Origin: Lama glama | Taxonomy: Eukaryota | Length of the DNA stretch: 64,000 nucleotides | Direction of reading: 5' to 3' | Assembly (NCBI GenBank): GCA_028534125.1 | Contig: CM052816.1 | Span: 37,450,001 to 37,514,000, forward strand | Part shown: positions 40,105 through 55,800 of the stretch, one piece after another | Layout of the letters: each line of letters opens with the position of its first letter | Position numbering within the stretch: the first letter of the stretch is position 1 | Notes under the pieces: generated by a model | Told to the model about the DNA's origin: nothing | The model's input: the letters and a program-made list of their open reading frames with translations, nothing else | Database searches by the model: none | Position numbers and translations under genes: made by a program

Positions 40105-43100
40105 TTAGCTTGCCTGGAAACTCCTCATGAGTGGCGACCTCCCACGTGCAGTTCTCTTAGCCTCGGTAGAAGTTTCTTGGTGGCCTCTTACCATTACCTC
40201 TTGATTTTTCCACTAGAATGTCTAGTAGACATTTTAAACTTAACGAGTACGTATTAGCCACAGGCACCTAGTGACTACCATACTGACAGTGCAGCTCTAG
40301 ACACATCAGTTTCTCTGTGTTGACAGGTGTTGACAGGAGGGACCCTGGAAAATAGGTGATGGGCACCCAGGGAAACTTGGCCATGACAGTGACTTGAACC
40401 AAGAATTAATCATTCCAGTTTCTCAAAGGGTCAGTATGATTCACACACAATTTTGTGAATGCCCTGATCTGCTCTTTCTCTAATCTTTATTTCATGTTCA
40501 TTTTGGGAAAAAAAAAAAGTAGTCTTTCTGATAACTTCTATCTGTGTACTTTAAATCTCTTAAGGTGCCATAAATTATTCCCCAAGCTATTGTGATTATT
40601 TATATTTTAATGCCTTTAGTCACATAAATAAAAACAAAACCACTAATAAATTTCCTCTCAAAAGGCAATGTAACATCTTTTGGTTTATATTCAGTAGTAG
40701 AAAGTCATTTTCATTTAATGAAATAATATATTGCAAGTATAACAAGCTTAACTGAGTTTCTCATAAATTCTCAAAAATGTAATTTAAAGAATTATTAATT
40801 TTCCTCTATTAAAAATAACATTCATGTTCAACCCCAAATTAATATTTATAAAGTCACATATTAAGTTACTTTGAGTGTTACAATGCTTCCTGAAAGCTGC
40901 TCTTCCTCTTTCATAAGAGGAACCATCTATAATTCCTGAAAAATCTTAGGTTGGTAAGCATTACTGAAATATTTAACCTGTCCGAAATTGAGAATTGTTT
41001 TGATTAAAACATAATGGAAACATAACATTGTCTTTAGTTTTAAGAGTAACCAAGAGTCTGCAACTCAGTAAAGAGCTAAGGATACCACTCCTTCTCTAAG
41101 AAAGTATTTGATTTGTAACTAAATCCTGTCTGTATTCCACATGAAATTTTTTAATCGTTGAATAGAGATTTTAAATTTTGTTAAGTTTGAAAATGTAGCA
41201 GATTAAAGTAAAGGAGGTAACATTATTTTTAAAAAGCTTAATAACAGGTTGAGGAGAAATTTCAAGAAAACAAAGTTTTATAAATTTAAGGACCTCAGCT
41301 CTCTTTGCATTCAATCTCATCTTCCCCAGACCTTCAGAATTAATCTGACATGAAAAAGAGAATAATTTAATAAAAGTAAACAAGCCATAACTAATGGGAT
41401 ATGAGTGTTTAATCCCAAAGGTGATCTGTTGGGAAGACATTTCTCTAAATTGGAATTTAAAGTTATCTTGGCAGACTCTTGCTTTCATGCCTCCTGAAAA
41501 TGCCCCTACTGAACTTCATGAGAGATGGATTTTATAATGATGAGGGGGGTGGGAAGAAAATACATGGGAGGAGATTAGAAAATATTGAAATGGAACTGTT
41601 GGTCAAAATACAGTTATTTAAAACCAGACTTCCTTGAACCATTGCATTTCCTGTTCCTCCCAAAGAATTAACATTGATCCTACTGATGCCAACCTGATGG
41701 TAGGAGTCAGCTTACCCTTGCTTCCCTGTGTTACCCTGAATTCTGGCAAAATAAGAGAAACAAAGGAGGGAGGAGCACTTGCTGGTAAAATCATGTTCTA
41801 ATACTGGTATCTTGTTTTTGTGCTATTAAAGTCAGAGCATTTTCAGAATTGTAGAAATAGTATGTATTGTTTTTTCCACTAAAATTTCTGATGTGAAATA
41901 CTCTTCAATTATTTGATAAGAATTTTAATGAACAGATCTATTCCCAAATAGCCTATAATAAGGTAACTTTATATTTTTCATTGAATTTTTTTATTTTATA
42001 TATTCTTATTTTGTACTGTAGTCGATACACTATGTTAGTTTCAGATACACAGCAAAGCAATTCAGTTATACATATACATATATATATTTTATATCTTTAT
42101 ATGATGTATTTTATTTTGATTCATAAAGCTCTGATTTATATTTTATCTCTTAGCTACCTTACACTCTTTTTTTTAAATAAAAATTCTGAAAGAAATGAGA
42201 ACTTATTTTCTAAATGATTTTAATTAAAAGTAATGACACTAATAACAGGCTATAAATCAAGATAATTTTCTGCATTTGACATTTGAATAATCATACCACA
42301 TACCGACTTCATCACTAAATCCTTGCTAGATTCAAAGTCTCTTAACTTATTATTCAATTAGTAAAAGATACTAATTGTTGGATTCTATTAGTAATGTCTT
42401 GACTGAATTTCTACATTAGTTACAGGGTTCCTGTAAAGAGAGGCTAGAATGTATTTTTAACATATATTTTGTGAAATTATATCTAATTTAAAAAACCACT
42501 TAACATATACTCCTCAATATTTGAACCAGCACAGAACTCCATTTCTCCATTATTAGATGCACATCATTTAGCCTGTAGACTCCAGCTAATTATCTTTCTT
42601 CACTCATACGGAGATTTATCTTACTCACTTACACACGTTTATATGAGTTTACACCACTTTCTGCTTGTCAGTTCTCTCGCATTTGTATTTATTTTGTCCT
42701 AAGATTTGTCCAAATTCTTAATATAATATCTTCCAAGAGAATACTTCAGTTTTGATTTTTAAATTTTAAATATATTAAAAACAAAAACATTTTACTTTGG
42801 ATCAGTGGTGAAAATAATCACCCCAATTTTACAGTTAAGATAATAAAAGAAATAGAAATCCTTAAAATTTCAAGGACCAAAAATTGCTTAAAGATAGAAC
42901 ATTTTATGAATAAGATTTCATGTGTTTTCATTTATCTTATGAATTTAAATAATGCTGTTACATAGTTTAGAGATTGGAGATCATCCAGAGTTTAGCAGAG
43001 ATGGCAAACATTTCACATTGGGAAATAATGCCAAATATTCATATTTCTTACATGAAGGAATAATACTCATATAAAAATAAATAGAAAAAACATTTTATTT

Positions 43101-45178
43101 AGATGATTAATCTCATCTATTTCATGCTCCTTTCTCTCACATAATTTTCAGAGGAAAGCCTTATTATCCCTCATATAATATGAAGGACAATAACAACAAT
43201 AACAATAATAACTTACTAACAACTTACATAATATGTAAATACTTGTATATAATATATGAATAAAATTTACATATTTAAGTAACTTGCAATAACTGTAAAT
43301 ACATTCTGCTTGATAAGCAAAAGAAAAGGCAAACCATGTTCTCATTTCTCTCACTAGAAATCTGGAGTGAAAGATATGAGTCTTTATTCTCAAGATCTAA
43401 CCCAGTGCCTGAAACAATAGAAATCCTTGAGAAATACATGTAAGATGGATGAAAAATAATATTTTAGAGGCTAGTTAACAAATGAGTTATGTATTCAATT
43501 GCTTAATTCCATACTAAACATATAAAAGTCAGTCTTTTGAGGGAACCTACTTGTTCTTTCTCTAATCCTTTAATATAAATAATTCAGTATGTATCAGTGC
43601 AACTTTCTAGAGGTCAGTTAAAATGTACGTACCATTTCTTTTTCATCCAGCAGCTAGTGTTGTGGCTGTTGCAATTAAAATATAACCTTTTGCTTTTTCT
43701 AGAAACCAATAAATGTAGTGATTAGAACTGAATATTTTTAGAGCATGTTGATTTTTCAAACTTGCCTGCTTTTTCACAAAATATACAAATTGTCAGTACA
43801 AATATCTGCACTCTGAAGTTTTAAAGTTTTTAATCAGAAAACATTTTTATCCAGAGATTGCATTTAAAGGAGTAGAAAATTATTTTTATAGTCCCTCAAA
43901 TGTTTTTTAACAAATGCTTTGTAATTAAAGAATTCATCAAATAGCTCAATTAAAATAATTAGTGGATCTAATCAATGGATTCACAAACTAAGCAAAGTTC
44001 TTAGCAATACCATCATCCAGTGAAGTGCATTTATTTAAATATTTGATTAGTGTTTAACACAGTTCATTATGTGCTTTAGCAATATTAGAATAATGTGCTT
44101 AATAGTCCTAGAATGTAGCCTTGGGGCATAGTATACTATATTAAAATCTTGGTGTCCTTCCTGGGGATGAAGTTAGGGTATTGAGACGTTACTTCAAATT
44201 GGAAGCTTAAGGAAAATTAATGAGGGACTTAGAGATATTAAAAAGAGAATAAATAAATAGTCACTGTGTAAATAAAAAATCATCCCCTGGGCGAGCTCTG
44301 CATTAATTTCTGGTCCTTCTTGTACCCATTGTATAATTAGAACATCTTTGAAGAATATAGAATGTACTGACACACTCAGTCTCATTCAAAGCAATCTAAA
44401 GTTAATCTGAGAAAATGTTTCTCTAAATAATTGAGTAATAACTTTGTTTTTATAGAGATAATGTTAAGTTATGTTAAAACTCAATGTAGCTCATCTACAT
44501 TTCACATGGTGGTTTTGGTAATTATTTCTAATTATTCCATTTTGGCATCTGTCAATAAAATGTGACTGTTTTGTTAGCCTTGTGTCCTTAGTTCCTAGGA
44601 TGGTTTAAATAAATTCTTTTGACTTTTAATGTCACAATGTACATTGAAAATTGATTTGATTACAGATTCAAGATGTATAAGAAAAGGCATAATAAGTGTG
44701 ATATATATATGTTCAAAGTAAACATTAATGACTGAAAGTAGTTTTCAATTATAATTTTGTATTGGCCTCTTACATGAGTATTTCATTTTTAAATCTGGAA
44801 ACTTACTCACTTGCTCCAATTACTTATACTAAGTGTGTTCTTACTCTTTTTGAAAAGGAAAAATAAGAGAAACACACTCATTGCTTAAACATTACATACT
44901 GAAGGTTTAATTTTTTTAAAAGTCAGGTTTTTTTGGTTCCTACTCTGCACATTTTTTCCTATACTTATCCTCAGGAGCAGAATTTTGATAATCAGTTATA
45001 AAGTGAGATTTACACTTCTACATGTTGTCAAATGCTATACACCTGCACTGCTATCTTCTGATTTGTAAATTTTGGGCATTCTACATTGACTTCCTTTTTG
45101 GTATGTCAGGATATGAAACTAGTGGGCTAAATCATTATTAAATGTAATACTCTTTTAAATGCTCACATATGAGTACTG

Positions 45179-45395
45179 CAGTTGACCCTTGAACCAAGTG
45201 GGGGTTAGGCTCACTCACCCCTGGCAGTTGAAATTCACCTATGAGTTTATGGGTGACCCTTCCTATCTGTGGTTTTGCATCTGCAGATTCAGCCAACCAT
45301 GGATTGCTTATCCAAGAGTACCTGTCTATTGAAAAAAAAAATCTATGTGTAAGTGGATCCCAGCTGTTCAAACCCAAGTTGTTCAGGGTCAACTG
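45179..45395. mobile_element. Tigger2-derived MITE (TcMar-Tigger), 217 bp
   Basis: Terminal inverted repeats CAGTTGACCCTTGAAC ... GTTCAGGGTCAACTG, flanked by TG and TA (TA TSD with one copy mutated). Confidence 0.9.
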
Positions 45396-45429
45396 TACAT
45401 TGTATCATGGTGATATTTTCTTTACTATT

Positions 45430-47950
45430 TTTTAAAATCTTGTATTTTGAAATCATGACTTTACAGGAAGTTGCAAAGATAGTACAAAGAAATCCCTTTT
45501 ACTCCTTACCCAATTTCCCGAAAAATTACATCCTACTTATGTAGAGTGCAATATTTGAACCAGAAACGTGAAATTGATGGAATGTGTGTGTCGGGTTTTA
45601 TATGTCATTGATTACAACACACAACTTCCTGTAACCACAATTGCAATCAAACTACACAACTCTTCCATCATCAGATTTCTCCTTATCATGTCACACCAAC
45701 TTCTCTACAGTACCTGACTCCTAGCAGCCACGAATCTGTCTTCTATCTCTATAATTACATCATATGAGAATGTTATGTAAATAGAAACATATAGTATGTG
45801 AACTTCTGAGACTGGCTTTTTTTTTTTTCCCCACTCAGCAAAATGCTGTTGAAGTCCATCCAAGCTGTTAGGTGTAGCAATCAATGGTTTAGCCTTTTTA
45901 TTGCTGAGTAGTGTTCCATTGTAGGCATGTACCACTGTTTGTTAACCATTCATCTATTGAGGGATATTTTGATTGCTTCCAGTGGGGGCTATTACAAATC
46001 AAACTGCTGCAAACAATCAGTAAAGATTCCTATGTGGGCAAAAGCCTTTACTTCTCTAGTCCAAGAGTGCAATATCTGGTATTTATGATATATCCTTTTA
46101 ATTTTTAAAGATTTGCCGAACTATTTACCAAGGTGGCTATGTCATTAAACATATTCACCACAATCTATGAGGGAATCCCTTTTCTGTACATCTTTCTCAG
46201 CATTTGTTATTGTCACCATTTTTTTTACATCAGCTTTTCTAGTAGATATATAGTGATATCTCATCTGTTGTTAATCTGTAGTTCCCTAATGGCTACTGAT
46301 GTCAAGCTTATTTTCACATGCTTATTTTCTATTAATATATTCTCCAGTGAAATGTCTCTTTATGTATTTTGCCCATTTTTAAAATTTTTCATCTATATAT
46401 GTATATATTTGATATTTATCTTATATACATATATATGTATATTTTATATATGAATCCTTTGTCAAACATTTGGTTGGCAGATGTTTTTTCCCAGTCTGTA
46501 GCTTGTGTCTTAATAGTGTATTTATTACAGAGAAAAAAAGGTTTTCATTGTGATGAAGTTCAATTTATCAATTTGTTATTTTATGGATTGTGCTTTTGTG
46601 ATCATGTGTAAGAATTACCATGCTCTACTTCCAGAAATGTTTTATTATATTAAATTCTAAAAGTTTTATAGTTTACATTTAAATCTGTATCTATTTTCAA
46701 TTAATTTTTAATAGGCTGCAAAGTTTACATTGAGGTTCATATTTTTGCTTATGGATATCCAATAGCTCCAGTACCATTTATTAAAAATATTGTCCTTCCT
46801 CCACTGAATTGTTTTTACACCTTTGTCCAAAAATACTTGGTCATATCTCTGTGGGTTGAATTTTGGGTCCACTATTTTGTACTGTTCTTCTATGTTTCTG
46901 TCCCTTCATAACACCACAATATCCTGATGAGTGTACCTGTGTCTTATGTCATGAAATCAAGTAGGGTGGTCCTGCCCAGTTTATTCTTCTCCAGAACTGT
47001 ATTAGCTGTTCTAGGGCTTGTGTCTTTCCATTTGAATTTTAAAGTAATCTCATCTAGTTATAAAATTTTTTTTTAATTTTCATAAGAATTGCTTTAAATC
47101 TGTATGTCAATTTAGAAAAGAAATGACAGTTTTACTATGTTTAGTTTTCTAAGAGATAAATATAGTATGCCACTCTTTTTTTTTTTAGGACTACTTTGAT
47201 TTCTTTCACCAGTGTTTTGTAATTTTTAGCATACTAGTGCTCTACATGTTTCTTTGGACTTGCGTCAAAGTATTTCTGTTTGGGGAATGTAAATATTACT
47301 GTAACTTTTATTTTGATGTCTTTGTGTTCATTGTTAGTATATAGGAATGCAATTGATAGGCATATGCTATAGCAATGGTGAGAGGAGACATCTTTGCCAT
47401 GGTTCTAATCTCAACAGGTAAATCAGTCAGTCCTTTATCATTACTTATGATGATCACTGTCTATTTTATAGGTGTTATTTTTCAAATTGAGGATGTTTCC
47501 TTCTATTTTTCTGACAGTTTTGATCATAAAATGGTGCTGAATTTATCAAATGATTTTTATCAGTTCATTTAGTCATGTGGGGTTTTTTTATGTTTTGATT
47601 TCTAATATGATGAGATACATTAAGTTTTCAATAATTAAACTAGCTTTAAATCCCTGGAAGGTGTCTCAGTTGGTCACAGTATACAAGTTTTTATAGGTAT
47701 TGCTGGAGTCTCTTTGCTCTTATTTTGTCAAGTGTTTTTGTGTCTATATTCATGAGGAATATTGACCTGTAGTTTTCTGTTTCTGTGTTGTCTGATTGAG
47801 GCAACAGAATAATACTAGGTTCACAAAATGAATGGATAGTATACTCTTCTCAGTTTTCTGGAAGAGATAGAGGATATACCTTAAGAGTTTGTAGAATTCT
47901 CACTGGAAACCATTTTGGCTTAGAGATTTCTTTATTAAGTTTATTGAGTA
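45430..47950 (-). mobile_element. Old L1 (L1MB/MC-like) 3' UTR plus degraded ORF2
   Basis: 3' end motif tttacaggaagttgcaaagatagtaca; ORF 45705-45935(-) resembles translated L1 3' sequence; antisense ORF2 motifs continue to about 47950. Confidence 0.85.
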
Positions 47951-48189
47951 TGTATCATAGTCTTCATCTAAAATGCCGCTTTAATTTTTTGTCCAAATAT
48001 TTCTATGCTTAAACCAAGCTGAATTTCAGAATGAACTACACCAACAGAAAAATGTGAGAACACTTAGAAACTTCTGAGTAAGGTGAGGTTTCTCATCAGC
48101 ATGTGAGATGAGGAGAAGTCTTATAGTATCCTTATCCCAACCTCTGTCTTCCCGTATGAATACTGCCTCTCATAAGAATCTAGACTTAA

Positions 48190-48560
48190 CTTTTTTTTTT
48201 AAAAAACAGACTATATTTTTGGAGAAGTTTTACATTTATAGAAAAGTTGAGCAGAATGTACAGAGTTCCCATATACCCTCCCATACACAATTTGCCCTAT
48301 TAGCAATATATGGAATTAATGTGGAGTCTTTACTGTAATTAGTGAACCAATCTGATTCCTTCTTACCTAAAGTCCATAATTCAAGGTCCACTCCTTGTGT
48401 TGTACAGAAATATGATCTTTGACAAATGCAAAATGCTATGACTGTATTATTATACTATATCATATAGAGTAGTTCTGCTACCCTAAATATCTCCTGTGCT
48501 GCATGTACTTATTTCTCCCTCCCTCTGCCTGAATCCCTGGCAACCACTAATCTTGCATTA
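48190..48560 (-). mobile_element. L1MC-like 3' end
   Basis: Poly-T followed by gaaaagttgagcagaatgtacagagttcccatatacc...cctggcaaccactaatct. Confidence 0.8.
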
Positions 48561-48619
48561 GTTTGTTTTAGTGATGTAATCCTACCAAAAGTCTGAAGTT
48601 GTTATTATTGTTATTGTTA

Positions 48620-48750
48620 CAATCATTATCCTCAGTTAATAGATGAGAAAACTTGCCGGAGGTCATGCTACTAGTAAGTAGTGGAGTCAAGACTTCAAAG
48701 CAGAAAATTTGACTGTAGACCTCAAACTCTCAGTCACTGTTGTACTGCAT
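48620..48750 (-). mobile_element. MIR fragment
   Basis: attatcctcagttaatagatgagaaaact...aggtcatgctactagtaagtagtggagtcaaga. Confidence 0.7.
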
Positions 48751-50699
48751 TTAACCACATGAATTAGAAACACCAGAGAGATAAAGAGTTTTTTTTTAAT
48801 TTGCTAGAATAGTTTATTGTCTCTAAATTTTAATAATGACAGCTCAAGGAAAATGGAAGAGTGAAATGGAGTAGGTACAGAATGGAGTAGAAGAAAAATA
48901 TTAAAGTCCTTGTCACGTTTAGTATATACATTTTCCACAGCCCAAGGTCACTGACTCACTAAAAGACTAACACCCAATAACCTGGGTTATAGAATGATTT
49001 CGTCCCCTCATGCTTTGCAATCACTAAATTTTAGCTTCTGACAGCTGTAGCTATAAATATTCCTATTTTGCCTTGTTTTTTATCTCCCCTGTTGTCTTTG
49101 AGTTTCCTTAAAGATTACTTATTAAATAGGTTACGAGCCTTTCAGTTCTTTTAGATGCAATCCACTGATACTATACAGGAGTCTGATTGATGTATTGAGA
49201 TGTTGCAATTAATATAGTATCTAGACAATTTTGAGTACTCCAAAAAAACCTATTATTAACAGTCATCTTGGGAGGAAAATAATTTTCTTATAGAGAGTAT
49301 AGCATATATTTAAAAAACACTTTGGATACCCAACAACTCTCATGAATGAAAAGAAACTTGTCATTACTGCATGCTAGGTATCTACTTAGACATATTTGTT
49401 CAAAAATTTCAAAGGTTATAATTCGGGAAACACTTTAAGACTTACTTTTGGAAGAATAGAGGCTATAAAAAAAATTGCACTTACCTAACTTAGATTCTTC
49501 GCATTAACTTAAAAACTTAGAGCTTCAAAGAAAGAGAATTATATTTTCAGTCTAGATCTTCTTTTGTGCAAAGTCTCTACACGTAGTGCTGACGGAGGAG
49601 TAAACATACAGCCTCCTGGGCATTACCATGTTTGTAAATGCTTGATAATCCCCTAATTCCCTGTTAGTGTGAATGCTTGTGTGTCTGAATTTTTAAACAT
49701 ACAACTATTTAAACTGTTGGTGTCACAAAGGTTAGTATTTTGACTGTGTCAAGTTATCTGAGATTTAATATTAAAAAATAAACTGGCATTTATTAAAGCA
49801 CAGTTAGGTTAAATTATTTTTAAAATGCAAATATTTTTCTGAGGTCAAGTTGATTTCCCCAAAACAAGTTCAAAGATGATTTGTGTCATCTCAAATTCAA
49901 GGGTTTGCCTTTATTACCGTGTAGTTTTTCTACCTGTCTCCACACAGTACTGGGGTATTTTTGTACCATTACACCTGTTTTCACTCCTGTGCTCTTTTGA
50001 ATCTATGGGAAAAAATCAGACTACAGATATTTTATTTCTTATTTTTCCATCTTGGGTCCTCTTTTTTTCTGCCTCATCTTTAATATTCATGATGATATAT
50101 ACACATATATATTACCTTCATGCAATAATTATAGACTATCTTTCTTTTATATTCATTTTACTTCATCTCTTCCACTTGGTTTCAAAACAGTATTACAATA
50201 GTGTAAGCACTTAACTGTCCTAATTCACTGGTAAGTAAAGTATTTACATCTCAAAGAAACCTATGAATGATGTAGTTGATAACAAGATGCCAAAGTATTC
50301 CTGATATCAAATTTTACTGGTTGTCAGCTATTGGCTAAGGTTTTATTTAAGGTATAAGAGGAAGAAAAATGAAAATAGCACCCCAAATTTTATTCACAAT
50401 ATTCCCCAAACGTTATTCATATTATGCATATATGCAAAAGCTCCTGAACAGTTCAGGAACTTGTTTTTTAATGGATTTCTTTACTGAAATAGGAAATGAG
50501 ACCTTTACTTGAATGCTCCCGTTTTAAATGTAATTTCTTTTGGGTATATTACAAACATCCCACCTTGAATTTCATTCTAAGCTCAAAAAACAAAATCACA
50601 AAAATATCTAGTACATAATATAGTCAATAATGATAACGTAAGATAGTAGTATCAACAACACAGAATATTAAGCTTTTTGCATGAGTGAGAATCTAAGTA

Positions 50700-52165
50700 T
50701 GTGATATTGTGGTATAACTGACATATGACATTTTTTAGTTTCAGGTGTAAATCATAATGATTTAATATTGATAAATTGCAAAATGATCACCACAGTAAGC
50801 CGGGTTAACATCCATCATCATACATAGTTAGAACAACTTTTCCTCATAATTATAACTTTTAAGGTCTACACTCATAGTAAATATCAATGTGCAATACAAT
50901 ATTAATCATTAGAATCACCTTGCTGTTGAATTATTTCGTAACTAAAAGTTTGTATGTTTTGATCCCTTCATCCATTCTGCCAATACCCTACCCCTACCTC
51001 TGGAAATCACCATTCTGTTCTGTGCATCTATGAGCTTGTTTTTTTGTATGCTGATTTTAGTTTTGCAGATTAGACATATATGTGAGATGATACGGTATTT
51101 GTCTTCTTTGATTTATTTACAGTTCCATCCATGTTGACACATGGCAGAATTTCATTTTTATGGTTGTCTATATTATATATATATATATATATATACATAT
51201 ATATATACCACATTTTTATGACACATTCATCTATTGGGAGACTTAAGTGATTTTTCCATATCTTCGCTATTGTAAGTAAATTAATTGGTAGAATTTTTTG
51301 AGAAACTTTTGTAAAGTTTTCCATACAGGCTGCAGCAATTTACATTCCCACCAACAATGTGCAAGAATTCCTATCTTTCTGTGTTCTTACCAACTCTTGT
51401 TATTTTTTTGTCTCCTTGATAATAGCCATTCTAAGAGATAAGAGGTAATACCTTATTGTGGTTTTGATTTGAATTTTCCTCACAATTAGTGATATCAAGC
51501 ACCTTTTCAAATACCTAGTAACCATCTGTATGTCTTCTTTGGAAAAAAAAAAGTCTATTCAGATATTCTACCCACTTTTCAATCACATTGTCTTTGTTCT
51601 CCTGACTTATAGGAATTCTTGATGTATTTTAGATATTATCCCCTTACCAGAAATATTTTCTTTCATTCAGTAGGTTGCCATTTCATTTGTGGTTGGTCTC
51701 CTCTGTTCTGCAGAAGCTTTTTAGTTTGATATAGATCCACTTGTTTTTTTTTTGTTTCTTTGTTTTGTTTTGTTGCTTTTGCTCTTGGTGTCAAATCCGA
51801 AGAGTTATTGTGAAGATACCAAGGAGTTACCATCTATGTTTTCATCTATGAATTTTATGGTTTAAGGTTTTACATTCGATCCTTTAATGAGTTTTGCCTT
51901 AATATTTGTGATTGTATAAGATAGCATTCCCATTTCATTCTTTGCATAGCTGTACAGTTTTCCCAATACCATTTATTGAAAAGACTTTCTTTTCCCCATT
52001 GCATACTCTTGGCTTTGTTGTCCTAAATTAATTGGCCATATGTGCATGAGTTTATTTCTGGGGTTTCTATTCTGTACCTTTTATCCATATATCTGCTTTT
52101 ATTCCAGTAACAAGCTGTTTTGATTACTGTAGCAATGTATATACTTTCAAATCAGGGAGAATGTT
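50700..52165 (-). mobile_element. L1 (L1MA-like, laurasiatherian) 3' UTR plus ORF2 C-terminus
   Basis: aatttacattcccaccaacaatgtgcaag, gcagaagctttttagtttgat and tttcccaataccatttattgaaaagact; (AT)n tract at about 51174-51206. Confidence 0.9.
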
Positions 52166-52299
52166 TGTAGTTTATAGGAACTATTTCTTAATGCTTAATG
52201 GTAAAAATCAGATTTTTCTATTGACATTTGCTTTAGATTGTTTACTTCAGGTATGAAATCTTGATTCTAAGAACTTTTTGCATGCATTTTTAGTTCAGT

Positions 52300-52650
52300 C
52301 TAATAAAGAGAAAAAGGAATGGCAAATGAATGCTATACTGTGATACACATAAACATGGATATGGCTCACAAAATGATGATGTTCATTAGTCCCCAGATAA
52401 ATATTATATAATTCCATTCACGTATTAAGTACAAAAGCAGGCAAAACTAGTTTGGGTTATCAGAATCCAGTCTTGAAATTTGATTGTGATTAGAAGGGAA
52501 TGTGAGGCTTCTGGGTTTGAGGTGTAATGTTTGTTTCTTAATCTGTTGTTGGGTATAGGAGTGTATTCAGATGATGAAATATATGAAATTATACATTCAT
52601 GATTTATACATTTTTGTGCATGTAAAATAAAATATAAATTTTTTAAATGA
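52300..52650 (+). mobile_element. L1ME-type 3' end relic
   Basis: tatataattccattcac, aaaagcaggcaaaacta, tgtttgtttcttaatctg and a terminal A-rich aataaa. Confidence 0.6.
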
Positions 52651-52839
52651 TAAAGAGTTCAGGACACTTTCCTCATTTTAAAGGTTTACCAAATATTGAT
52701 GAAATCTATTCTACTCAGATTTTGAAATCCTTAAAATTTTCAGATGTAATTGAAATAATTAAATGAGTTTAATTAATTAAACTCTTCATCTATGTGTTTA
52801 ATAACACAAAACTTAGGATTTTTGGTTTTATGTCCCTTA

Positions 52840-55800
52840 ATAGAAAAATAATTGACATACTTCACTGTATAAGATTAAGGTGTACAGTATAGTGTGATGG
52901 ATTGGTTTACATATGTTATGTCGTAATTACCGCAATAGGTTTAGTTAACATTCATTATATCATATAGATACAATAAAAAGAAAAAAATTCTCCTTGTGAT
53001 AAGAGCTTTTGGAATCTACTTTTTAAAATTTCTTTTATATCATACAACAATGTTAATTTGAGTCATCATGTTTGACGTTTGCATACAAGTAATTATAACT
53101 AGAAGTTTGTACATTTTGACCACCTTCTTCCAATTCCCCTATCCCTCCAACCCTCTATGAGTTTGGTGGCTGTTTTTTGTTTTCAGGTCCTATGTAAATG
53201 TTAGATCATTCAGTATTAGTGTTTATCTAACCTATTACACTTAGGGTAATGCCTTCAGGGTTCATCCATGTTCTAACAAATGGTAGGACTTCCTAGGTTT
53301 TTATGGCTGAATAATACTATATTGCATATATATACCATAACTTTTTATCCATTCATACATTAATGGACTCTTAGGTTGTGTCCATATCTTGGCTGTAGTA
53401 AATAATGCTGCAATGAACATTGGGATTTTTTTTAATTATTGTTTTCATTTTCTTTGGATAAATATCCAAAGTGGAATTTCTGGATCACATGGTAGTTTTA
53501 TTTTAAATATTTTGAGGTATCTTCATCTGTGTTCTACGGTGGCTGGACCAATTTACAATACCACCAACAGTGCACAAAAGTTCCCTTCTCTCCATTTACA
53601 CACCATTTTTATTTGTGGTCTTTTTGACATTGACCCTTCTAAGAGGAGTGAAGTGATAACTCATGATTTTATTTTGCATTTCTGTAGTGTCTAGTAATTT
53701 TGAGTATTTTTTTCTGTATCTGTTGGCCATTTGTATAGTTTCTTTGGGGAAAACGCCTTTTCAAATTCTTATATTTTGATTGCATTATTTGGGGCGTTTT
53801 CACCATTAAATTATATAAGTTCTTTATGTATTTTGAATATTAATCCTTTAGCAGGTATATGGTTTGCAAATTTTTTTCTTGTTTTGTAGGTTGTCTTTTC
53901 ACTTTGTTAATGACCAATTTGGCTGTGCAGAAGCTTTTTAGTTTGATGAAGTTTATTTATTTTTATTTTCTATTTGTGCTTGGGGTGTAATTTCTAAAAT
54001 AGCATTACCGAGGCCCATGTCAAGGAGCTTTTTTCCTGTTTTTTTCTGAGGGTTTCATAGTTTCAGGACTCAAGTTTAAGTTTTCAATCCATTTTGCGTT
54101 TTTGTTTTTTTTTTTTTAAGAGTGGTGTAAAATAGGGGTCGCCTTTCATTCTTTTACATGTGAAATCCAGTTTTCCCAGCATCATTATTCAAAAGATTGC
54201 CTTTTCTCCATCGAGTATTCAAGGCTCCATTGTCAAATATCAGTTGACTATATATGCTTCAGTTTATTTCTGTGCTCTTGACTCTGTTCTGTTGGTTTAT
54301 TTATATATTTTTGTGACAGTACCATACTGTTTTAATTACTGTTTAATAGCTTTATAATATAGCTTGAAATCAGGAAGTGTGATGTCCTCTGCTTTGTTCT
54401 TTCTCAGGAGTTCTTTGACTATTTGTTGTCTTTTGTGGTTCTGTATAAATTTTAGGAGATTTTTTCCTTCAATTTCTATTAAAAAATACCATTGGAAACT
54501 TGATAGGCTTGCACAAATCTATAGGTGGCTTTTATCAATATTGGCATTTTAACCATATTAATTCCTCCAATCCATGAACATGAGTTACCTTTTCATTAAT
54601 TTGTGTCTTCAGTTCTTTCCTCATTGTCTTACACTTTTCAGAATAGAGATCTTTCACCTCCTTAGTTAAATTTGTTTCTAAGTATTTTATTGTTCTTGAT
54701 GTTGCTTTCTTTTTCAGAAAATTCATGGTTAATGTATAGAAATGCTACTGATTTTTGAATATTAATTTTATATCTTGTAGCTTTACTGAATTTATTAATG
54801 AGTTGTAACAGTTTTAGATAAGTCCAGGATTTTCTATATATAAAATCATGTCATCTACAAATAGAAACAGTTTTACTTCTTGCTTTCCAATTCTGACGCT
54901 TTTACTTCTTTTTCTTGCCTGATTGCTCTAGCTAGGACTTCCAGTACTATGTTGAATATGAGTGGTGAGAGTGGGCACCCTTATCTTGTTCTTGATGTTA
55001 GAGGAAAAGCTTTCACCTTTTTCACCACTGAGTATGATGTTAACTATGGGCATATCATACATGGCCTTTATTATGTTGAGGTCTGTTTCTTCTATATCTA
55101 ATTTGTTACGTGGTTTTATCATAAAAGGATGTTGAAATTTGTCACACTCTTTTTCTGTGTTTATGGAGATAACCAGATGATTGTTTTATTTCATTGTATT
55201 AATGTGATAAATCACTGTGATTGATCTGCATATGTTGAACAATCCTTGTGTCCCAGGGATAAATCCCACTTTATCACGGTGAATGATCCTTTTAATGTGC
55301 TGCTGAGTTTGGTTTGCTAGTGTGGTGTTGAGAATTTTTGCATCTATGTTTGTCAGAGATATTGGCCTGTAGATATCTTTTGGAGTAGTGTCCTTGTCTG
55401 GTTTAGGAATTAGGGTAATGCTGGCCTTGTAACATGAGTTTCAGAATATTTCCTCCTCTAAGATTTTTTAAGAAGAGTTTAGAAAATTGTTGTTAATTCT
55501 TTAACTATTTTGTTAAATTCATCAGTGAAGCTACCTGGTCCTGGTAGCTGTTCTTCGTTGGGAGATTTTTGATTACTGATTCAATCTACTTACTACTAAT
55601 TGGTCCATTCAGATTTTCTATTTCTTCCTGATTTAGCTGAGCAGGTCTTACATTTCTAAGAATTTTTATTTGTTCTTGGTTGTCTAGTGTGTTGCCATAT
55701 ACTTGTTCATCATAGCCTCTTAACATCCTTTGTATTTCTGTCGTACCAGTTGTAATATCATCATTTTCATCATAGTTTTGTTGATGTAGGTTCTCTGTTT